Source of the DNA: Rhodospirillales bacterium
GTDB lineage: Bacteria > Pseudomonadota > Alphaproteobacteria > Bin95
DNA length: 64,000 nucleotides
Direction of reading: 5' to 3'
NCBI GenBank assembly: GCA_038143065.1
Contig: JAYQLI010000035.1
Span: forward strand, 192,001 to 256,000
A program made the position numbers and the translations under genes. Positions 58,591 to 64,000 of the stretch are shown in pieces (the stretch's first letter is position 1; each line of letters opens with the position of its first letter). Under the pieces are notes generated by a model. That model did not search any database, had not been told where the DNA came from, and saw only the letters and a program-made list of their open reading frames with translations.

Positions 58591-59847
58591 CTACCTCACA
58601 TATATTGCCGAAAAAACTGTTGGCAAGACTATTGTTGCGTACGTTACGATTTTTTTTATTGCATCTTTGAAATATGCCATGGTCACAAGGATACAAACGA
58701 CAGTCATGGCTATAAAACCAACCTGATATGATCCTGTAAGTACAACAATTGCTGATAGCGCTTGTGGAAAAATAGTGGATCCAAAAAAGGTCAACGCCAG
58801 AACGCCAGAGGTTGCAAGCCCTACCTGGCCCGAAGGTGCGCGCTTAGCTGTCTCATAAAGCATTACGCCATTCCAAGCTAGAACACTGAGGCCAAGTACT
58901 AAGCCAAGAGTGCCAAGCAAAAATACACCCCATCCAGCATTTGCGATCAATAAAACAATTAGTGCGCAAGCCATTAGGATTGGAAGAATAGTTAACAGTC
59001 GTGCAGTTGGTGTGGTGTCGGCTAGCCAACCCCATGCAATGCGACCAAAGATTGCTGCTACTCCTGCAACGGCCAAAGGCAAGGCAGCGAGCTGTTTTGA
59101 AAGGCCAACACTGTCCTCTAAGTAAACAACCAAAAAACTTGTCACTGCTACCTGAACACCAGCGAAAGCGAGGCTGGCTAGAGCTATTCTTCTGAGATAG
59201 GGGTATTGCCTTAAAAGGGTGAGAGCTAATCGAGCAGATGTAAAACTATTGCCCATCTTTGTGCCACGCTCATCCAACATGGTGGCTGCAGTCTTCAAAG
59301 CAAGCAATGCTGCCAAACAAACGATGGCAAGACACATGAGAGACGCTCTCCAGCCTATTGATGCTTGTAGAACTGGCATAGTCACACTTGCTAAAAAGTA
59401 TCCTATGGGTACACCAGTTTGCTTGATCGACATGATCAGGCCAAGTCGGTGCTCTGGGGACCATCTCGACAATACAACAGAGCTAGCGGGGGTCATTGGA
59501 CCGTATCCAAGTCCAATTAAGAGTGCCGATGCGAACAATGCTATTGGATGACCTAGTGCTGCAAAAAGGCATCCGATGGCCGACATGCCCACACCTATCC
59601 TCACAGCAGTGATGCCTCCATAGCGGTCCACTAAACTACCGCCTCCAAGTGCAGAAATTGCTGCAGAAAAAAATACTATTCCAGTAAATATTCCTATCAA
59701 CGAGGGAGAGACTTCAGCTTCTACTGCTATTTGAACTGCAAGTATCGCAGGTGAAAGTTGAGCTGCTGCACCTAAACCTTGGCCGCTCATGGTCGCAGCA
59801 ATAGCTATGGTGGTGCGGCTGGTCCACTTTTCTTCTGGTTTTTTCAA
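58591..59847 (-). CDS. MFS transporter
   Basis: About 12 hydrophobic segments, DRYGG, SIKQTGVP, GRIAWGWLAD. Confidence 0.88.
   Translation of the reverse strand: MKKPEEKWTSRTTIAIAATMSGQGLGAAAQLSPAILAVQIAVEAEVSPSLIGIFTGIVFFSAAISALGGGSLVDRYGGITAVRIGVGMSAIGCLFAALGHPIALFASALLIGLGYGPMTPASSVVLSRWSPEHRLGLIMSIKQTGVPIGYFLASVTMPVLQASIGWRASLMCLAIVCLAALLALKTAATMLDERGTKMGNSFTSARLALTLLRQYPYLRRIALASLAFAGVQVAVTSFLVVYLEDSVGLSKQLAALPLAVAGVAAIFGRIAWGWLADTTPTARLLTILPILMACALIVLLIANAGWGVFLLGTLGLVLGLSVLAWNGVMLYETAKRAPSGQVGLATSGVLALTFFGSTIFPQALSAIVVLTGSYQVGFIAMTVVCILVTMAYFKDAIKKIVTYATIVLPTVFSAIYVR
58631..58650. promoter_or_regulatory. Imperfect palindrome, possible MarR autoregulatory operator
   Basis: ATTGTTGCGT-ACGTTACGAT (7 of 10 pairs) about 70 nt upstream of marR, inside the MFS 3' end. 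Confidence 0.3.
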
Positions 59848-59854
59848 TTTTTAA

Positions 59855-60340
59855 TCAGTCTACCAAGTGGCGGCTATTTAAGGCCCTCGACCGCAGTCTT
59901 TCGGCCGCCTTTCCAATAATTCTTGCCATCCGTTCGGATGCGAAGTCCGTTTGAGACAGAGCTATACCAATATCAAAAATTTCATCATAACGATCTATAA
60001 GATCACCTTTAAGTCTAAAGCGAGACATCCCTTCAAAAACTATCCGCTTTCCTTTCACGCCTTCAAGCTTTGAAGCATAGGAAAAACGCCAGTTTGCATA
60101 ACCAATGTCAGCGTTCGCCGGAGGTTTATCCATATCCCATCGAAATGCCTCAGCGTCACGCCAAAAATGATTTTCGAGCATGTCCTTGATCGCAGAGGGT
60201 CCATGAAACTCACCATAAAATGTGTCATGATAAATACCATCCTGGGCGAATAAAGATCCCAAAGCTGTTCCATCCCCAGCTTCAACGGCAGCAGTGAAGC
60301 GAGAGAGAATGGCATCGAACGTCATGTGTGTCGTCTCCAT
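59855..60340 (-). CDS. NTF2/SnoaL-like protein
   Basis: LFAQDGIYHDTFYGEFHG, FEGMSRF, YDEIFD. Confidence 0.82.
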   Translation of the reverse strand: METTHMTFDAILSRFTAAVEAGDGTALGSLFAQDGIYHDTFYGEFHGPSAIKDMLENHFWRDAEAFRWDMDKPPANADIGYANWRFSYASKLEGVKGKRIVFEGMSRFRLKGDLIDRYDEIFDIGIALSQTDFASERMARIIGKAAERLRSRALNSRHLVD

Positions 60341-61530
60341 GAGGTTATGATCACAGGAACCAAAAATTTTATGCCTACCAAGGCCGCTGGAAGCGAAGCA
60401 GAGATAAATATGGTTTCGTAAGAAACACCAAAATCTCTTAGAATTTTAGCGAAAAAGGGAAACGATAGCATTCCAAGAGCACCAAAGAATAGAACGCCCC
60501 CAGTAACCGGTCCGACCTGACCAGCAGGAGAAAGGCGGGCAACCTCAGATAAGAGTAATCCGTGCCAAGAAAGAGCAGAAGCCCCAAATGACAGAGAAAT
60601 GAAGCCCACGAGCCAAATATCCCATCCGTTTGCCATTCCTAGAGAAGCTGTTGCTGCCGCCATCACAAAATCAAGAACGGCTAGAACCATTCTGGCTGAT
60701 GCAAACGAAGATCCTATCCATCCCCAAAAAATCCGAGCAAACGCTGCTACTCCGTTTACGATAATTAAGATTTCTAGCGCTATATCTTTCGGGTACCCCA
60801 ATTCTTGCTGAGCATATGTGGCGAAGATGGAGTTAAAGAGACCTTGGCATCCAACAAAAGCAAACATTCCGAGAGATAAATCTCTCAAAGCAGGTGTCCT
60901 TGCCGCGTTAGAGATGTTTCGGATTGCATCTGACCAGCGAACTGGATAACCCGGATTTCTGTCATCATCGAAGCTGCGCCGCATTGGATGAATAATAACT
61001 ATCAAAATCAAACAGATGATTGATGTTGCTAGGAATGCACGTGTCCACGTCTCTGGCTGCGCAGCATCGACTAATAACCAAGCTGCCAGTACTGCAAATT
61101 GACCACCTACAGGGACCCCCGTTTGTTTTATGGAAAAAATTAGAGGTGCGTACTTCGCTGGGCTACGTCTTGCTAATAGATGAGAGCTGGCCGGGGTAGA
61201 GAACGAATTTGCAGCGCCCATCATGAGCGCGGCGAGAGCGAATGCCCATAAAGTACCAACCATACTAAGTGCTAACCCTAGTCCCAGACCTAAAAGACTT
61301 ATTTGGCTGGCGCGGATAGCTCCCCATCGGATTATCAGTCCTCCTACACTGGCCTGGAAAAGGCCTGAGATGGCGTAGAAAAGGGTAGTATGATACAGAA
61401 CAAGTTCAGCATTTAGCATCAAAGCTTGCCCTGCCTGAGGTGCAACGTTCGGTAAAACCTGCGCTGCCATATAACTCATGGCCTGCTGAAACAGCATGGC
61501 AACTATAACGATATAAAGTGCAGCATTCAT
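60322..61530 (-). CDS. MFS transporter
   Basis: TPASSHLL, FSIKQTGVPVGG, ARIFWG, WHGLLLSEVAR. Confidence 0.88.
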   Translation of the reverse strand: MNAALYIVIVAMLFQQAMSYMAAQVLPNVAPQAGQALMLNAELVLYHTTLFYAISGLFQASVGGLIIRWGAIRASQISLLGLGLGLALSMVGTLWAFALAALMMGAANSFSTPASSHLLARRSPAKYAPLIFSIKQTGVPVGGQFAVLAAWLLVDAAQPETWTRAFLATSIICLILIVIIHPMRRSFDDDRNPGYPVRWSDAIRNISNAARTPALRDLSLGMFAFVGCQGLFNSIFATYAQQELGYPKDIALEILIIVNGVAAFARIFWGWIGSSFASARMVLAVLDFVMAAATASLGMANGWDIWLVGFISLSFGASALSWHGLLLSEVARLSPAGQVGPVTGGVLFFGALGMLSFPFFAKILRDFGVSYETIFISASLPAALVGIKFLVPVIITSWRRHT

Positions 61531-62710
61531 TTTGATCTACGTTCTGGCAGAGCAAATAGTAGACCGCATAAAAGCGATGGTAGAGCTATAATCGTGAAGC
61601 CTATTCCCGGAATTCCAAGAGAAACAAAAACGGCGCCATGTAAGGCTGGAAGGACTATTAAGCCTAGAAAACAGCAAGATATAATTCCACCCATTACTAT
61701 AGGTACTTGCCCTGAGGGCGCTTGTCGAGCTACCTCTGCCAAGTGCACTCCATTCCATGAAATACCGGTTGCGCCAAAAGCTACAGCTGCCGCAGCAAGG
61801 CCCCATATTCCCCAATTTTGATCAGCCATTCCAACTGCAGCAATAGAGACAAACATGGTTATTGAGAGCCATATAAGTAGCTTTCGTGGGTCCATTCGCC
61901 CTCCGGCTATCCAGCCCCAGAATATGCGCCCAACAATCGCAACAATGCTGGCAGCTGCGTACACCCTCCCAGCAACTACTGGCTCTAATTTCACTTCCTC
62001 TACGGCAAATGCGATGAAGTAGTACATGAAAGCTACCTGTAAGCCAGAGAATGCAAAACCTGAAAAGGCTAATTTCTGTAATCCTGGTGTAGCGGTTGCC
62101 GCCTTAAAACTAGACTTGATATCCTTAATAGATATCAGACGGGACGGTGACCGCTGATCATCGAAACGGTTACGAAAGCGTTGCATCCAAATAGAAGCAA
62201 GCAAAGCGGCACAACTGGACGCCATCAGAGCAACTTGCCACGAAAACGCCTCTGCCAATGGGACTAAGACTGCACCCGCGAGAAACCCTCCCACGGGAAC
62301 TCCTGTTTGTTTTATGGAAAAAACTAAAGGAGCTTGGGAAGGTTTTGAGAAACGAGCCAGGATTTGGGAACTTGCTGGCGTGGTAGGTCCCATCCACACC
62401 CCAGCAGCAGCGCTGCTGGAATAATTAGCCAAAACTCTCCAAAGCTAGCGATTAGCATTGCGAGTGCCGCAGCGATTAGACAGATCTGGCTCGCTCTTAA
62501 TGGGCCAAACTTGATGATCGCGCTTCCCGCAGCGCTCGAAGAAAAGAAACCTATGCAATATACCAGTAGGGAATAGACGGCGATTTTTGAATCAGTCAGC
62601 CCAAAATCTGGTCCAATGAATTTCCAAAGGCTTGGAATAGCTGAGGTGCTCATTGTCATAAGCGATTGTTGAATGAGCATGGCGACGATAGCCGCCCTTA
62701 AGAAAACCAT
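61527..62710 (-). CDS. MFS transporter; frameshift near 62400
   Basis: N-part (MVFLRAAIVAMLIQQS...) joins GPTTPASSQIL, FSIKQTGVPVGG, WNGVHLAEVAR. Confidence 0.86.
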
Positions 62711-62792
62711 GGCTTCAGGCCTAAATTCTTCGGCTGCGATAGAAAAGCCGTCGCCGCACGGTTTGGAGAAAGTTCCCAGTAAAAAAGCGTTT

Positions 62793-63677
62793 TCACATTT
62801 TTGATTGGGCTGTAAAGATCGATCCATATCCAAGCCTTGCCCAGTCTGGTGGTACGGGGCAGGGTCTGGGATCTATATGGGGAAACTTAGCTGATATTCC
62901 GCGCACAATTTCTCCGGTCTTCGATGTTGGTGTTGGTGCGGCGGTCCAGGGAAACGCATCAGCTGATGAATAAACGAATAATAGGAGTGGCCGTGTTTGG
63001 TCCGTTAAATTGCTAGATGAGCCATGAACTGTCCGACAATTAATAGCAATAACGGTCCCTGCAGGGCCTGTTAGATTTACAGCATCTGCAACTCCAGCCT
63101 CATTTTCTTCATCAGGTCTAATAGATCCTGTCCAATTCTCATTTAGATCATAATGAGAAAAGATCTTGCCGTTGTGACTTCCAGGAACACAGGCTAGTGG
63201 ACCTGTTTTAGTAGTTACATCATCCAAATAAATACCGATCGTAACTGGGCTATAATTGGTATGGGGCCAAGCGGGTATGTCTTGGTGCCATTTTACGATT
63301 TCACCACCACCTGGCCATTTGTAATTCAGTTTGGCGCTGTGAAATTTAACATCAGGGCCCACAAGATCTGCTGCTATTCCGGTCAAAAACTCTGAAGTTG
63401 CTAATTCCCAAAAAAATGGATGAGCATCGACAGGGCGCCTGAGGCGACGCACATGAGGTGTTTGTGATGAATGATTGGGTCCTAAATCAAAAAATTCATT
63501 GGAAGCTTCGAGTTCACGACTTTTTTCTAAAAAATCGGCTGACATTTGCTGAATTTTTTTAAGCAGCTCTGGCGGGGTTATTGCAGGAGAAGAAGTGTAT
63601 CCTTCACTGAAGTAACGTTTGCGCTCTTCTTGTGAGAGTATGATCGGAGGGTGATTGATTATGTCTTCTGGCGTCAT
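62793..63677 (-). CDS. PhyH family Fe/2OG dioxygenase
   Basis: KLNYK, WHQD, GPLACVPGSH, VHGS..N....RPL. Confidence 0.88.
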   Translation of the reverse strand: MTPEDIINHPPIILSQEERKRYFSEGYTSSPAITPPELLKKIQQMSADFLEKSRELEASNEFFDLGPNHSSQTPHVRRLRRPVDAHPFFWELATSEFLTGIAADLVGPDVKFHSAKLNYKWPGGGEIVKWHQDIPAWPHTNYSPVTIGIYLDDVTTKTGPLACVPGSHNGKIFSHYDLNENWTGSIRPDEENEAGVADAVNLTGPAGTVIAINCRTVHGSSSNLTDQTRPLLLFVYSSADAFPWTAAPTPTSKTGEIVRGISAKFPHIDPRPCPVPPDWARLGYGSIFTAQSKM

Positions 63678-63742
63678 AGCTGCATCAATTATCCAAAGAG
63701 TCTTTTTTCAGGATACTTCAGTATTTTGATTAACTGGTAGTC

Positions 63743-64000
63743 TTAATATTGAAGCTCTTCTCTATCGCGAAATTGCTCTAAGGCTTCTGGGTTATCTAAT
63801 GCTTCTTTGTTTTTAATTGGGCGATTGTGCACAACATCACGAACAGCGAGTTCGACGATTTTTCCAGAGCGTGTGCGAGGAATGTCAGTCACTTGAAGGA
63901 CCTTTGCAGGAACGTGTCTTGGGGATGCCCCCTCACGAATGCGTTTCTTAATTCGTTGCACAAGGTCGTCACTTAACTCTTGTTGCTCTCGCAGTCTGAC
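63743..64000 (-). CDS. Acetoacetate-CoA ligase, C-terminal part (starts beyond window)
   Basis: [32 protein letters not shown]. Confidence 0.88.
   Translation of the reverse strand, partial: VRLREQQELSDDLVQRIKKRIREGASPRHVPAKVLQVTDIPRTRSGKIVELAVRDVVHNRPIKNKEALDNPEALEQFRDREELQY

Overview
Gene-dense chromosomal window from an alphaproteobacterium (GapR/DUF2312, glyQ-glyS-ppdK order, coq7, alpha-type serC-serA). The Fe3+ uptake and catabolic gene content suggest a heterotroph, probably marine (inference). About 30 genes, including essential ones such as glyS, are split by single-base indels, often in homopolymers, which indicates an unpolished long-read assembly rather than real pseudogenes; I have merged the fragments below. 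Contents: housekeeping genes (gpsA, PBP1A, gapR, glyQS, serAC, etfAB, hbd, panC, coq7, dsbB), a divergent Fe3+ ABC permease/binding-protein pair with a clear Fur-type box, a heterodimeric methylmalonyl-CoA mutase, many catabolic oxidoreductases and dioxygenases, tRNA-Thr(GGT) and tRNA-Ser(GGA), and a pseudaminic-acid surface-glycan island abutting tRNA-Ser. I saw no CRISPR array, integrase, transposase or prophage gene. Most notable: (1) an intact PPDK-like ORF ending at the domain boundary with no PEP/pyruvate domain; (2) a stand-alone 3-sulfinopropionyl-CoA desulfinase-like gene; (3) a membrane-anchored PQQ sugar dehydrogenase-cytochrome c fusion; (4) a scrambled pse cluster with a formyltransferase but no pseG. 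All calls come from motif recognition by eye; no searches were run.
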